This document shows positions 29,115 through 39,332 of a stretch of 64,000 nucleotides of DNA, piece after piece. Position 1 is the first letter of the stretch, and each line of letters starts with the position of its first letter. Source of the stretch: Candidatus Poribacteria bacterium (GTDB lineage Bacteria > Poribacteria > WGA-4E > WGA-3G); assembly GCA_964291315.2 (NCBI GenBank), contig OZ219752.1:224001-288000 (forward strand). The letters run 5' to 3'. Both the position numbers and the translations under genes were made by a program. The notes beneath the pieces were generated by a model. It worked only from the letters and a program-made list of their open reading frames with translations. It did no database searches and was not told the DNA's origin.

Positions 29115-31127
29115 CTAATCTTCGTCTGGAGGCACGATATCATAAATGAACCATATACCTTCCACTTTTCGCATTTTGACAGATGCCTCTGGAGGAGATA
29201 ACATCTGTGGCAACTTCAACCGGAAATGGAATTCATCCCCTACATGTTGATGGTTCAATACCTCCACCTCGCTGAACGCCAGACTGAGCTGCTCGCGCGA
29301 CTCTTCTGGGATGTCCTGACTTGCAAGCTCTTCCATGGCACGCCCTATTACCATTGGGTGCAGCGCATCTGAGTCAAGATTCTTAAGTGCTGTCACGAAA
29401 GCGTTCATCAAATCTTCTGCAGATTTGTATGAATGGGTTGGAGCTTCTTCTTTCCAATCCTGCATCTGCCCCGGTTCAACAGAGATTTCTGCCAGAAAAC
29501 CGTTGATGTTCCGTTGCTCGTTGAACCAGCTACCGGTAACCCCCAACTTAAAGGACTGCCCCTGCGGAAAATAATACTCAATGACGCGTCTATCTTCAGA
29601 TGGAACGTCCCATGCAGAGATAAGCGCCCCTTGTGGCGCTCCTTTCGTAGGGAGTTTGCTATTGCCATCATACAGATCAAATGACCCCATGGCTCCGGCA
29701 TCTCCAACTTGGAGTGAGATAGTGAGCCAACCGCCGTTTTCAAATGCTGTCGCATCAATCTCGACAACAGTATAGTCTTGATAGCCGGGTTCTGGAGTCC
29801 GAAAGGTACTCAAGACTTTCTGCTCCGGATTGTCGTTGGTAAGTACGAGTTTCAAAACGTTGGTCTTTGGGTCATCTGCTTTAAGAACAGAATCCCAATC
29901 GATGGACAAAGGTACCGAGGTATCTTCACGGAGTCCCGGGCGTTTGCCCGCTAAAGATCTCTTAAGAAACATTCTGTAGTGTTCATTGGGCTGCAGCCTG
30001 CTTAGTTCATTGGTCGGCAGCCTGCCCATCAGTTCAAGCTTTGGTGAGATAACCATCGAATCTGACGGGGAGTGCTCCTTCCAACCTTTCATGATCACTT
30101 GGATCAGTGGGTGCGTTTTGTCAAACTGCTCGAACCCCTGATGAAATCTCTTTTCAACGTATGCTTGCTGTTCGGGTGTGCGTTCTAATGTGACATTCGA
30201 CACCCAGATGTTGATGAAATTTTCGTTCAAGAATTCAATAATTCGGTTATTGGAGAGGACACCTGCCCTCAGGCTTTTGCCGCTCCCTCAGCACGCCTCA
30301 TCCGCAAGGGGACCGTCTAAAGAGATGGCGTGAATAGGTTTCACTTGCGTCTGTGCCATCTCCAATGCCTCTTCCGGGGATGTCCAATTAATCTGTTGTG
30401 ACTTGTAGAACCGTTGTATGAGTAGACGTTCAGCTGCTTCTTGGGTAATAGATTCTACGTATTCGACATCTGGCAGGAAATCTCTCGTCCCGGCACGGAG
30501 TGCCATCTCGGAGCAAAAACCTGAATCGGTGCCGAAGTAATTTTTGTCTTTCTCTTTCTCGCGTTTAACATCAAAGTTTACTATGCCTCCGGGGACGTAC
30601 ATCTCGAAAAAAACGACTTTCTCTTCGACTCGGTCAATCACAAGATGTCCTGTAAATTGCGAAGGAGTAAACCGTCCATCTTTTAGTTTGAACTCCGCAT
30701 GAATGCGAAACACAATGTCAGCGAATCTGTCGTTGTAAGCACGCAGGCATGCCCATAAGCCAGATGAGTCTCCCGAGAGCTGTAAGTTTGGATTTGGGTG
30801 CAGTTGCCTGAGCAGGGTCATCACGCCTTCTTCTTTAACTTGCCAGAGTTCGCCAACCGCAATTGTCTTATCAGGCAGAAAATCTTGGAAAACCGAGGCT
30901 GGATACTGCTTTTCTGGTTCAGCAACGCGCAAGTTTGCCAAGGTCTCCCAATTCACGTGGAAATTGAACACGGTATGCTCGATCGGTGCAATGGACCCCT
31001 TCACTAATACCTCTGACGTGCTGTCAAGCTCAAGTTTGATTGTGTTATTAGCTGCCGAGTGGTTATCGGCATTCAGTTGTCCGTTCATCATAATCAAGGT
31101 CAGAAAACCGAAGGCTAAGATTTTCAT
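29115..31127 (-). CDS. Selenoprotein N (SELENON)-like protein, ~670 aa, with in-frame UGA (predicted Sec280) at 30288-30290
   Basis: ORFs 30288-31244 and 29115-30230 share a frame; read-through gives DGPLADEAC-U-GSGKSLRAGVLSNNRIIEFLNENFINIW; also ACLRAY..IVFRIHAEFKL and TPSQFTGHL; AGGAGG RBS and signal peptide at 31127. Confidence 0.88.
30252..30287 (-). promoter_or_regulatory. Candidate bacterial SECIS element
   Basis: 3' of UGA: GAGGGC-AGGU-GUCCUC hairpin (30255-30270) with its loop ~23 nt from the UGA; lower GGAG/CUCC pairing possible. Confidence 0.65.
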
Positions 31128-31149
31128 TTTCAAGCCTCCTTGTAAAACG

Positions 31150-31244
31150 TTCTCGTTAAGGATCAGTGTTGGAATAATACCACGAATACCACTTCTATCG
31201 ATAGATAAAACAGTTCCTCTTATTTTCTTTCGATCATTGGTCAT
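31150..31244 (-). pseudogene. N-terminal remnant of a patatin-like phospholipase
   Basis: TVLSIDRSGIRGIIPTLIL resembles patatin ILSIDGGGIRGII; own AGGAGA RBS; in frame with the SelN-like gene. Confidence 0.5.
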
Positions 31245-32001
31245 TTTGAAACTTCTCCTATTACGTTCGGGTGCTGCTATGCACTACGCAACCTTCGGAC
31301 GACGGATGAGACAGTACAGTATTGCCCCCTATTTTAGCGCTCGGATAGGTATCCACTTATGCGCTTTGACGGCGGTAAAAGAGATTGGGGCGTGCCCCAA
31401 TATGGCAACACAGATAGCCTGCAACGTGCAAGGCACGCACAGGCGCGGAAAAACCACAACAGCAGCAAACACTGACGCTGTTTGGTGAATAAATATGTGA
31501 ATTGAAATACTTATCTTATGTAAATGGGGGGTAGGTAGTCTGTTAACTTATAGATAACAGGACGCTGACTACGGAAAAGCACGCGGCGACAGCACACAGG
31601 CCGCAGAAGGACATCTGAAGCCTCTTTACTCATCCCGAAATCCATATGAAAATACAGCATTGTTTCTACCTCTATATCAAAACTGAAATATTGATAAACG
31701 CTTTAGATAATGTTAATTATACACCTATTTTAATTTTTTTTGTCAACTTTTTTCCAAAAAAATAGAAAAATTATATTGTGCTTGCGCGAATCTAAAAAAG
31801 ACTAGGGGTTACGCGTGGAGCTCTTTTGTAACATAACCTGTTAGGTTGTGCAATGGCTCCGCTCGTTTTTTCGCAGTTTCCGTAGTTAAAAGATCGTTCT
31901 ATGCTCAAAGATGCATAAGTGCTATTGAGAACACTTAAATACCCAATCCTTTCTGCAAATTCCGAAATAGTTAAGTAGTTTTGCGGGGAGTGTGCTACGT
32001 C

Positions 32002-32029
32002 TTGACAAAATAAGATATCTGTGTAAAAT
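32002..32029 (+). promoter_or_regulatory. Sigma-70 promoter of the GH32 gene
   Basis: TTGACA-16 nt-TAAAAT. Confidence 0.6.
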
Positions 32030-32092
32030 AGCATGCAAAGAGATAATAGCTATTATACCTCTTAACCCTCAATATCTGAAAGGAAATCGTTA

Positions 32093-33442
32093 ATGATTCA
32101 AACAGTTTATCAAGAGGCGTATCGTCCGCAGTTCCATTTCACTGCTAAAACCAACTGGATTAACGATCCAAACGGTCTTGTTTACTATAAAGGGGAGTAT
32201 CATCTCTTCTTTCAACACAATCCGGTCGGCATCGATTGGGGAAATATGACATGGGGGCATGCTATTAGTCGCGACCTCGTCCATTGGAAGCAACTTCCAC
32301 ATGCCCTGCATCCTGATGAACTCGGCACAATCTTCTCCGGTTCGGCGGTTGTGGATTGGAAAAACACTGGCGGTTTCCAAACCGGTGATGAGGCAGTTCT
32401 CGTTAACTTTTATACGTCTGCCGGCAGCCACGCCCCCAAAGAATTGCCCTTTACGCAGAGCATTGCTTATAGTAACGACCGCGGGCGAAGTTGGACAAAA
32501 TACCAAAACAATCCTGTGCTTGACCATATTGTCGGCAGCAATCGTGACCCCAAGGTGATATGGCATGAACCGACGCAAAAATGGGTGATGGCGCTCTACC
32601 TCGATCAAAATGATTACGTGCTATTCGGGTCGAGAAACCTTAAGGCATGGACTCCACTGTCCGAGGTTCAAATTCCGGATACAGAGTGCCCTGATATCTT
32701 TGAACTTGCGGTTGATGCCGATCCAAATACTAGGAAATGGGTTTTCTGGGGAGCGGCAGGGCAATATTATGTGGGTGACTTTGACGGAACGACCTTCACG
32801 CCGGAAGGTGATGCTCGGTGCGCCGACTACGGTGCTAATTTTTATGCGGCTCAAACGTGGAGCGATGTTCCGGAGTCGGATGGCAGATGTCTCCAAATTG
32901 CTTGGATGAATGGCAGCAAACCACCGGACATGCCCTTTAATCAGCAGATGAGCTTCCCATGTGAGCTAACCCTTCGGACAACTTCAGATGGTATCCGACT
33001 CCATCGGGAACCGGTAGCGGAGATTGAAAATATCCACACCTATACGCACACATGGAGCAACATTGCCCTGAAGCCGAGTGAGAACCTGCTTTCTGGTTTA
33101 ACAGGCGAACTCTTCGATATCCGCGCTGAGATCGTACTAAACGATGCTGCAGCTGTTGGGTTCAACATTCGTGGAGAGGATGTTCGCTACGACGACGTGG
33201 CGACGCAACAACTTACATTTCTTGAAAGAAGCGGCCCACTTACACCGAAGAATGGAAAAATCAGTTTGCAGATTTTAGTCGATCGCATCTCTCTTGAGGC
33301 GTTCGGCAATGCTGGAGAGCTCTCTATGACCTCCTATTTCCTACCCGATCTGAACAACGCAGACATAGGGATTTATGCAGATGGGGGTACAGCAAGGCTG
33401 GTATCGCTAAAAGTACATGAATTAAGGTCATCGTGGGTGTAA
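32093..33442 (+). CDS. Glycoside hydrolase family 32 (levanase/beta-fructosidase)
   Basis: WINDPNG, WGHAIS.DL..W, FSGSAV, RDP, ECPD. Confidence 0.95.
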   Translation: MIQTVYQEAYRPQFHFTAKTNWINDPNGLVYYKGEYHLFFQHNPVGIDWGNMTWGHAISRDLVHWKQLPHALHPDELGTIFSGSAVVDWKNTGGFQTGDEAVLVNFYTSAGSHAPKELPFTQSIAYSNDRGRSWTKYQNNPVLDHIVGSNRDPKVIWHEPTQKWVMALYLDQNDYVLFGSRNLKAWTPLSEVQIPDTECPDIFELAVDADPNTRKWVFWGAAGQYYVGDFDGTTFTPEGDARCADYGANFYAAQTWSDVPESDGRCLQIAWMNGSKPPDMPFNQQMSFPCELTLRTTSDGIRLHREPVAEIENIHTYTHTWSNIALKPSENLLSGLTGELFDIRAEIVLNDAAAVGFNIRGEDVRYDDVATQQLTFLERSGPLTPKNGKISLQILVDRISLEAFGNAGELSMTSYFLPDLNNADIGIYADGGTARLVSLKVHELRSSWV

Positions 33443-33496
33443 CCGTATTATTTTACGAAAACTCTTTCTACGATAAACTAAAGGAGAGAGACACTC

Positions 33497-33769
33497 ATGC
33501 AGAGACACATAGCCAAACTGACGAAGCAGCGCATCAGCGACTTCTTTGTCAAAGAAGATGGGCATGTTGCCCATAAGAACGCGTTCGTCGCCGGCACTGT
33601 TGCAACTGGAGCAATCCTGGCATCACTCATGCTCACACCTGATGCAGCAGCATGCGATCAGGTTCAATGCGGCCGTTTCGAGACTTGTAGTGTGCCCAAG
33701 GAGATGTGTTGTGCTGAGCAGGTCAGCACTCATCATTGGGTGTACTGGTGTACTTCAGGAACTTGTTAA
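33497..33769 (+). CDS. Small Cys-rich peptide, putative RiPP precursor or secreted mini-protein
   Basis: Strong RBS AAGGAGAG; leader with FFVKEDG and a hydrophobic stretch; 38-aa C-terminal core with 7 Cys. Confidence 0.7.
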   Translation: MQRHIAKLTKQRISDFFVKEDGHVAHKNAFVAGTVATGAILASLMLTPDAAACDQVQCGRFETCSVPKEMCCAEQVSTHHWVYWCTSGTC

Positions 33770-34112
33770 AGGAGTAAGCCGTTTATAGATAGAAGGCTTC
33801 ATCGCAAGAAAAGCGAGGGCTTATGCATTACGTAGAGTCGTATTTGTATAGGTTTTCGCTTCTCTAACAAAACGCTGTGTCCCGTTGATTTTGACTGGTT
33901 TATGTACCCCAAGTTGCTACGTTGTTAGAATAGGTTTTGCTTTATTGAATCCCTTGTGGCAGATCAAACTTGTACCCTTGCAATCCAAAAGTATCGTAAA
34001 CTCTCATCTAATGTGAGTGTTGCAGGATATTTAGGAGATATCCGAAAAGGAGACTGCATAGATTTACAACCAGTCCTTGTTTTTCTAAGGACAAAACATG
34101 GAGATCTGATCA

Positions 34113-35195
34113 ATGTCACCCTTGCTCAAGTGTAAAAAAGCGATCGTTATTATTATCACTGTTTTCGTTTTTTTTTGGATACAAATAGAGGCATTTGCGG
34201 GTGCGGACTGGAAACGGATAACTGAGATGCCGACTGGGAGAAGCGGGTTCGCGGCGGCCGTCGTAGAGAATAAGGTGTATATCATCGGTGGAACACTCTT
34301 TAAAAATCCAGAAGGCCCCTATGGGAGTTCAACCCTTGAGGTGTATGATCCACAAAATCACACTTGGCGGCGCCTGATAGATATGCCAACCCCCCGTCAT
34401 GGTGCGAGATCCGCGGTTGTCAACGGCATCATCTATGTTTTTGGCGGGTATAGTTCAAAAGATAGATTAATTAAGAATTGGAAATTGCCGGTTCACACAG
34501 AGGCATACGATCCTCAAACTGATACTTGGGTCCAGAGAAAGGACATGCTGGTTTCTCGTATCAACTTTCGTCTCGGTGTGTTCGCTGACAAAGTCTATCT
34601 CATCGGCGGGACAACAGGCTTCGGTGAGGCCCATGAACAACGGATGGACCGAGTGGATGTCTATGATCCAAGCACCGATTCCTGGGCGAGGGGAACGAAC
34701 ATGCCGACCCGGCGGGATCCTCTGGCTGTGTCCGTTGTCAACAATCGAATGTATGTCATCGGTGGGCGCGGATGGCCTCAGGCTGTTGATGGTGGCCCTG
34801 TCCTGAAGGTGATTGAGGCATATAAACCGGTAGGTCGCCGGTGGACGCAGAAGCGGGATATGTTAGATGTAAAAAACGGGTTCGAGACGGTTGTTGTTAA
34901 GGATGAGATCTATCTGATTGGGGGGAGCTCTCAAGGTCGTTTTTTATCGACAGTGGATGTGTATAGTCCAGAGAAAGAGGCATGGCGAGAGAGTCCAGAA
35001 CTGCCAATACTTCTGAGTCCGTATGGTGCAGCGACGGTAAACGGAAGGATTTATGTTTTCGGTGGATATAATAGAGAACGTGGGCATATTCCAGATGTTC
35101 TGGTCTTTGATACGCGCTCTCGTGCCGTCGAAGCAAAGCACAAGCTCACTACACGCTGGGGGGAACTCAAAGGCAAACGTCCCGCAAAACCATAA
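34113..35195 (+). CDS. Secreted Kelch-repeat protein
   Basis: Six Kelch repeats (YIIGG..EVYDP..W..MPTPR); signal peptide; C-terminal AVEAKHKLTTRWGELK. Confidence 0.92.
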   Translation: MSPLLKCKKAIVIIITVFVFFWIQIEAFAGADWKRITEMPTGRSGFAAAVVENKVYIIGGTLFKNPEGPYGSSTLEVYDPQNHTWRRLIDMPTPRHGARSAVVNGIIYVFGGYSSKDRLIKNWKLPVHTEAYDPQTDTWVQRKDMLVSRINFRLGVFADKVYLIGGTTGFGEAHEQRMDRVDVYDPSTDSWARGTNMPTRRDPLAVSVVNNRMYVIGGRGWPQAVDGGPVLKVIEAYKPVGRRWTQKRDMLDVKNGFETVVVKDEIYLIGGSSQGRFLSTVDVYSPEKEAWRESPELPILLSPYGAATVNGRIYVFGGYNRERGHIPDVLVFDTRSRAVEAKHKLTTRWGELKGKRPAKP

Positions 35196-35610
35196 AGCGA
35201 CACCTCGGTCATCAGTGCTGAGCGTGATGCCGTTCTCTGCGATTCAACCTCTCAGTACCTCCGCAGTAGCGACAGTAGCGTAGGCACGCAGCAACAGAAA
35301 CTTTCCCTGATATAGACTCATGTATCTGAGTTCTCGGCAGCGTTTGGATTTCGAGACACCTAAGACAGTTAGGATTTGATGCGGGCTGTATAGTCCAAAG
35401 AGATGCCTTGTTGAAAACAAAAGCGAGATTTCGCAGAGCTTGGAGGCACATCGCGAGATACCGCCTATAAAATTGATTGAAAAAAAATCTCGTACCTGAT
35501 AACATCTCCTCACAACTCTGAGGAATGTTAAATAATTATCGGTCGGCTCTAGCGGTAGCAAGTTTATGTGCTTGGTGCCAGTGATTCCCTAACCCTCCGC
35601 CCAAAATCGC

Positions 35611-36021
35611 TTAAGAATAGACTGTGGCCGTGAGGTTACGCCTGCCACCCCGATTTCGGAACTCACATAGGTAGATGCCCTGCCATACGCCTAAATTGAG
35701 GCGATGGTCAGTAATCGGAACCGAGACATTAAAGCCCACGAGTGAGGCTTTAATGTGTGCCGGCATATCGTCGTCACCTTCTATCGTGTGTTGATAGAAC
35801 GGTTCACGTTCCTTGACAAGCCGGTCGAAACTGTTCGCAAAATCTTCGCGGACCGTCGGATCGTCATTCTCGTTGATGGTTAATCCAGCTGAGGTATGCT
35901 TAAGAAAAAGATGCAGGATGCCTTCTTTTGGCAGGGCACCGAGTGGTTTCAGAATTTCATCTGTAACGAGATGAAAGCCACGTGGATATTCAGGCAAGGT
36001 TATTTCTATTTGTTGAATCAT
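35611..36021 (-). CDS. yjbQ: YjbQ/UPF0047 family protein
   Basis: HTSAGLTINENDDP.V..D, HTIEG.DDMPAHIKASL, LGVWQGIYLCEF. Confidence 0.93.
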   Translation of the reverse strand: MIQQIEITLPEYPRGFHLVTDEILKPLGALPKEGILHLFLKHTSAGLTINENDDPTVREDFANSFDRLVKEREPFYQHTIEGDDDMPAHIKASLVGFNVSVPITDHRLNLGVWQGIYLCEFRNRGGRRNLTATVYS

Positions 36022-36239
36022 TTCTCAGTCTGCTCCTCATTTTGGTGATTGATCCTATGGTGAATTATAAAAACATAGCCTTTTCTTGTAGGAGAGATTT
36101 CAAATCTCAATTTCTTCTCCGGCTCGCGATGTCCTGACCCAAAAATTAGATGGACATGGTACTAAGGCGATTGTTACATGGAAAACTCTTAACTAATAGC
36201 TGATAACTAACAACTGAAAACTATGAAAAAGGAGTCTTT

Positions 36240-37034
36240 ATGGAGATTATCTGTGCTTCTATCTGTTACCGGGGCTACGCCGAAGACGAAGTAGCCGCAA
36301 CTTTGGCGTATGCCCCCCAGATCGGCTATCGTCACATGGAAATTCATGGACCTCTAATCTGGAGTGTGGAGGCCGCGCTCGCATTTGATATAGACGGTAT
36401 GAAGACGAAAATTGATGCCTCTGGGATGCAGTGTGCCGGACTCTATCCGCCGGGATGGGGTGGACAAAACAACATCGATGTTGAGGCACGTGCAGGGGCA
36501 ATCGCCAGATGCGTTGAAATTGCCGAAGGGCTGGGCGCGACCCATCTCACGACAAGCGGGGCACAACCTAGAACAGAATCCGGAGCGCTGGACAGAGTCA
36601 TTGCTTGTGTCCAGGAGGTGTTGCAACGCATACCTGAGGAGTGTCAAATCAGGCTAACGCTCGAACCACACCACGGGAATGTTCTTGAACACCGCTCAGA
36701 TTTCCAATCGGTTTTAGATGCGATTCCAGACGAACGAGTCGGGGTCTGTATAGATACAGGGCATTTCCATTCATCTGGTGTCGATACGCTTGCCGCAATT
36801 CGCCAATTCGCATCCCGTCTATATGCAGTGCATCTCAAAGACCATCTTGGTCCCGTGTCTGTCGGCATTGGACGTGGAAATCTCGATCTCAAAGAGATTA
36901 TTGAGACCCTCCAAGAGGTAGACTACCAAGGCGATTTGACTTTGGAATTGGAAGTTGAAGATCCAGAAAATCTACCTCGCTATACTGAAGAAGCTTACTT
37001 CTATCTGAAAGGGATGCTCGGTCTACCCCTATAG
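36240..37034 (+). CDS. Sugar phosphate isomerase/epimerase (AP endonuclease 2 TIM barrel)
   Basis: LEPH, CIDTGHF, VHLKD, LELE metal ligands. Confidence 0.85.
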   Translation: MEIICASICYRGYAEDEVAATLAYAPQIGYRHMEIHGPLIWSVEAALAFDIDGMKTKIDASGMQCAGLYPPGWGGQNNIDVEARAGAIARCVEIAEGLGATHLTTSGAQPRTESGALDRVIACVQEVLQRIPEECQIRLTLEPHHGNVLEHRSDFQSVLDAIPDERVGVCIDTGHFHSSGVDTLAAIRQFASRLYAVHLKDHLGPVSVGIGRGNLDLKEIIETLQEVDYQGDLTLELEVEDPENLPRYTEEAYFYLKGMLGLPL

Positions 37035-37133
37035 TTCCCACGTTTTGATGGAATCATCAATACCGAAATTGGCAGGCATCTCGTTTATGTCGTAGTGCAC
37101 TGAACCGCGTTGAAAACCGAATCAGCAGGGATA

Positions 37134-37865
37134 TTAACCACGTCCGACGTAGAGCTGCCCCATGGGTAAAACGGTTGCCTCTAGCATATTGATGTTCGGT
37201 GGGAGAGTTGCCATCAGAACAGCTGCTTGCGCCAGATCGTCAACGTCCATCATAGGCTCCATTGGTGGCTCTGGGCGACTTTGGTGGCGCTCTACATAAG
37301 TGTTGCCGGGTTGCAAACAGCTGGCTGTGATCCCGAAAGGTCTACCTTCTAATGCTGTTACCTGCGTCAAGCCCCAGATACCGGACTTGCTTGCACTGTA
37401 AGGTGCCGTCCGGGGGCGAACCCGATGTGCAGAGATACTCCCGACATTGATGATGCGTCCTCCTTCACCTTGCTCCTTCATAATTGCGAATGCCTCGCGG
37501 GTGCAAATGAACGGAGCTCGGAGATTCACATTGATGACCCAGTCCCAGTCCTCTATTGCAAGCTCACCTATGGGGCCTCCATTAAATGCCCCTGCGTTGT
37601 TGACGAGGATGTCCAAGCGCCCGTATTCATTCATCGATTTTTCAAAGAGTGTTTTAATCTGTGCCTCGTCCGTTACATCTGTTGGAACGGTTAGCACCTT
37701 TGTGCCGTTGGCTCGAAATTCGTCAGCCGTTTCTGCTAGGAGTTTGGCATCTCTTGCAGCGATCGTTAGCGTAGCGCCTTCTGCCGCAAGTCCTCTTGCA
37801 ATCCCTCTTCCGATTCCGCGATTTCCACCTGTTACAATCGCAAATTTTCCATCTAATTGTCCCAT
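37134..37865 (-). CDS. SDR family oxidoreductase
   Basis: TGGNRGIG, LVNNAG, YSASK. Confidence 0.93.
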   Translation of the reverse strand: MGQLDGKFAIVTGGNRGIGRGIARGLAAEGATLTIAARDAKLLAETADEFRANGTKVLTVPTDVTDEAQIKTLFEKSMNEYGRLDILVNNAGAFNGGPIGELAIEDWDWVINVNLRAPFICTREAFAIMKEQGEGGRIINVGSISAHRVRPRTAPYSASKSGIWGLTQVTALEGRPFGITASCLQPGNTYVERHQSRPEPPMEPMMDVDDLAQAAVLMATLPPNINMLEATVLPMGQLYVGRG

Positions 37866-37914
37866 TGTTTCTCCTGCTCTTTTGAGCCTGTCGCTCAGAG
37901 TGCGAGTTTGTGAT

Positions 37915-38604
37915 CTATGAAAATAATTCTGTCAATACAGATTCTGTTCTGACTGCCTGCACCGTCCCGTTCGCGAATCGCATCGCCGACAAATGTGCAT
38001 ACAGAAAGTCCAGATCTTCAACTGTATCTATATCATACCATGGAGGTAGTAAGCCAACGCTTGCTTTTGCCGAACGTATGCGTGTCATTGTCTGTTGAAA
38101 AACGTCTGCTGTACTCCAAGGAATGTCCTCAAATACAAGCGGCACAGTCGTTGTTACATTCGCTGCAGAAAATCCTATGAGGTAATAGCCTCCATCTGTG
38201 CTCGGTCCAATGACGACATCGCGCCAGTCAAGTTGTGTAAGTGCTTGTGAAATATATGAAATAGGTAGCGTCGGACTGTCAGACCCGACGAGTAAAATTT
38301 TCGTATATCTGTGTTCAGCTGCCCACTGTGTCGCTGAAGCGAGTCTGTTTCCAAGCCCCGTTCCTGTCTGCGCTATATAGATAGGACCTTCTCCGATTAA
38401 CACTCGTAAATCCGATTCTGCTTCTGGTGGGGTATATGCAACGATTAAATCCACATCAGAGAGTTTCTTGATGATTTCACACCAATCTGTGAGGAATGCC
38501 GTGTACAATGTCGCCGCTTGCTCGGGTGACAGTGTTGGAACAAGCCGCGTCTTAACCTGATTCGGCACCGGGTTTTTAGCAAAAACAGTCACGCACATCT
38601 TCAC
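37915..38604 (-). CDS. DUF2064/TIGR04282 family glycosyltransferase
   Basis: FAKNPVPNQVKTRL, Q.G.GLG.RL, GSDSPTL, GPSTDGGYYLIG, IPWST, DIDTVEDL; start overlaps the upstream stop (GTGA). Confidence 0.88.
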   Translation of the reverse strand: MKMCVTVFAKNPVPNQVKTRLVPTLSPEQAATLYTAFLTDWCEIIKKLSDVDLIVAYTPPEAESDLRVLIGEGPIYIAQTGTGLGNRLASATQWAAEHRYTKILLVGSDSPTLPISYISQALTQLDWRDVVIGPSTDGGYYLIGFSAANVTTTVPLVFEDIPWSTADVFQQTMTRIRSAKASVGLLPPWYDIDTVEDLDFLYAHLSAMRFANGTVQAVRTESVLTELFS

Positions 38605-39332
38605 CGATTAAGTTCCTTGTTTGGCATAAAGGGTAGAGAGAGTTGATGCGGAGTCGGTTCGTCGGTTGAAAGAAGTTGGATTTCATCTGTTATAATCTTT
38701 AAATAGCGGTCTCGGTCTTGAAATATTCGTTCATCAACCCATCCATTTTTGGACAATGAAACAAATAGAGCAGCTGCGCGCGCTTGGCAATTGATTCCGC
38801 GCTTTGGGTTGAAAACGATGTCTGAAAAGCCCTGATATGCTTCGAGTTTTTTCACCAGGTCTCTCTCGTTCTGGTGGAGTGCCTTCATATACAACCAGTC
38901 ATAGAAGGCTGTTTTAGGTTCAGTCGGGAATTCTTCGCCACAGAGATCGAAAGCGATGAGTTCTCCTGAATTCCGTAGTCGCTCGTCGGTTTTTGCTGCT
39001 CGACTGGACACGGAGTAAAGCTCATGATAGGGGCCTCCATTTTTAAACACCTTGCTTCCTTGATAGGCACACTCTACGGTTGTCTTCTGGCCCTCCGGTA
39101 TTTCTAGTTGCAGATTAAAAGCACTCAGTGAAACACCCAATTCTAATCTGGATTTACCTGAAATTTCCAAAATAGGGCTGATACTGTATTTTTTGGCGGC
39201 TTCATGTAAGGAATCAATGGATTTTTGCAGTTGAGATTTTGCGAAGCCTGGATACCATTTAAACGTTAAGTCTATTTCATCAACATACGGGAATCCATTG
39301 AGGTTGGACGTGAAAATAGGGCGTTTTGCCAT
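38601..39332 (-). CDS. DarT-associated NADAR-like antitoxin (DUF6977-like)
   Basis: MAKRPIF, W.PGFA.SQ, LEISGKS, LSAFNL, VECAYQGSKVF..GGPY, PKTAFYDWLY, FNP...NCQARAAA. Confidence 0.8.
   Translation of the reverse strand: MAKRPIFTSNLNGFPYVDEIDLTFKWYPGFAKSQLQKSIDSLHEAAKKYSISPILEISGKSRLELGVSLSAFNLQLEIPEGQKTTVECAYQGSKVFKNGGPYHELYSVSSRAAKTDERLRNSGELIAFDLCGEEFPTEPKTAFYDWLYMKALHQNERDLVKKLEAYQGFSDIVFNPKRGINCQARAAALFVSLSKNGWVDERIFQDRDRYLKIITDEIQLLSTDEPTPHQLSLPFMPNKELNR

Noticed and set aside
35212-35561. Minus-strand ORFs of 97-105 aa
   Set aside because: No RBS, no recognisable motif, atypical composition
37915-38604. Selenium or arsenosugar pathway cluster linked to the SelN-like gene
   Set aside because: Partner genes (TIGR04283 transferase, radical SAM) are not adjacent; DUF547 and the SelN-like gene are far away
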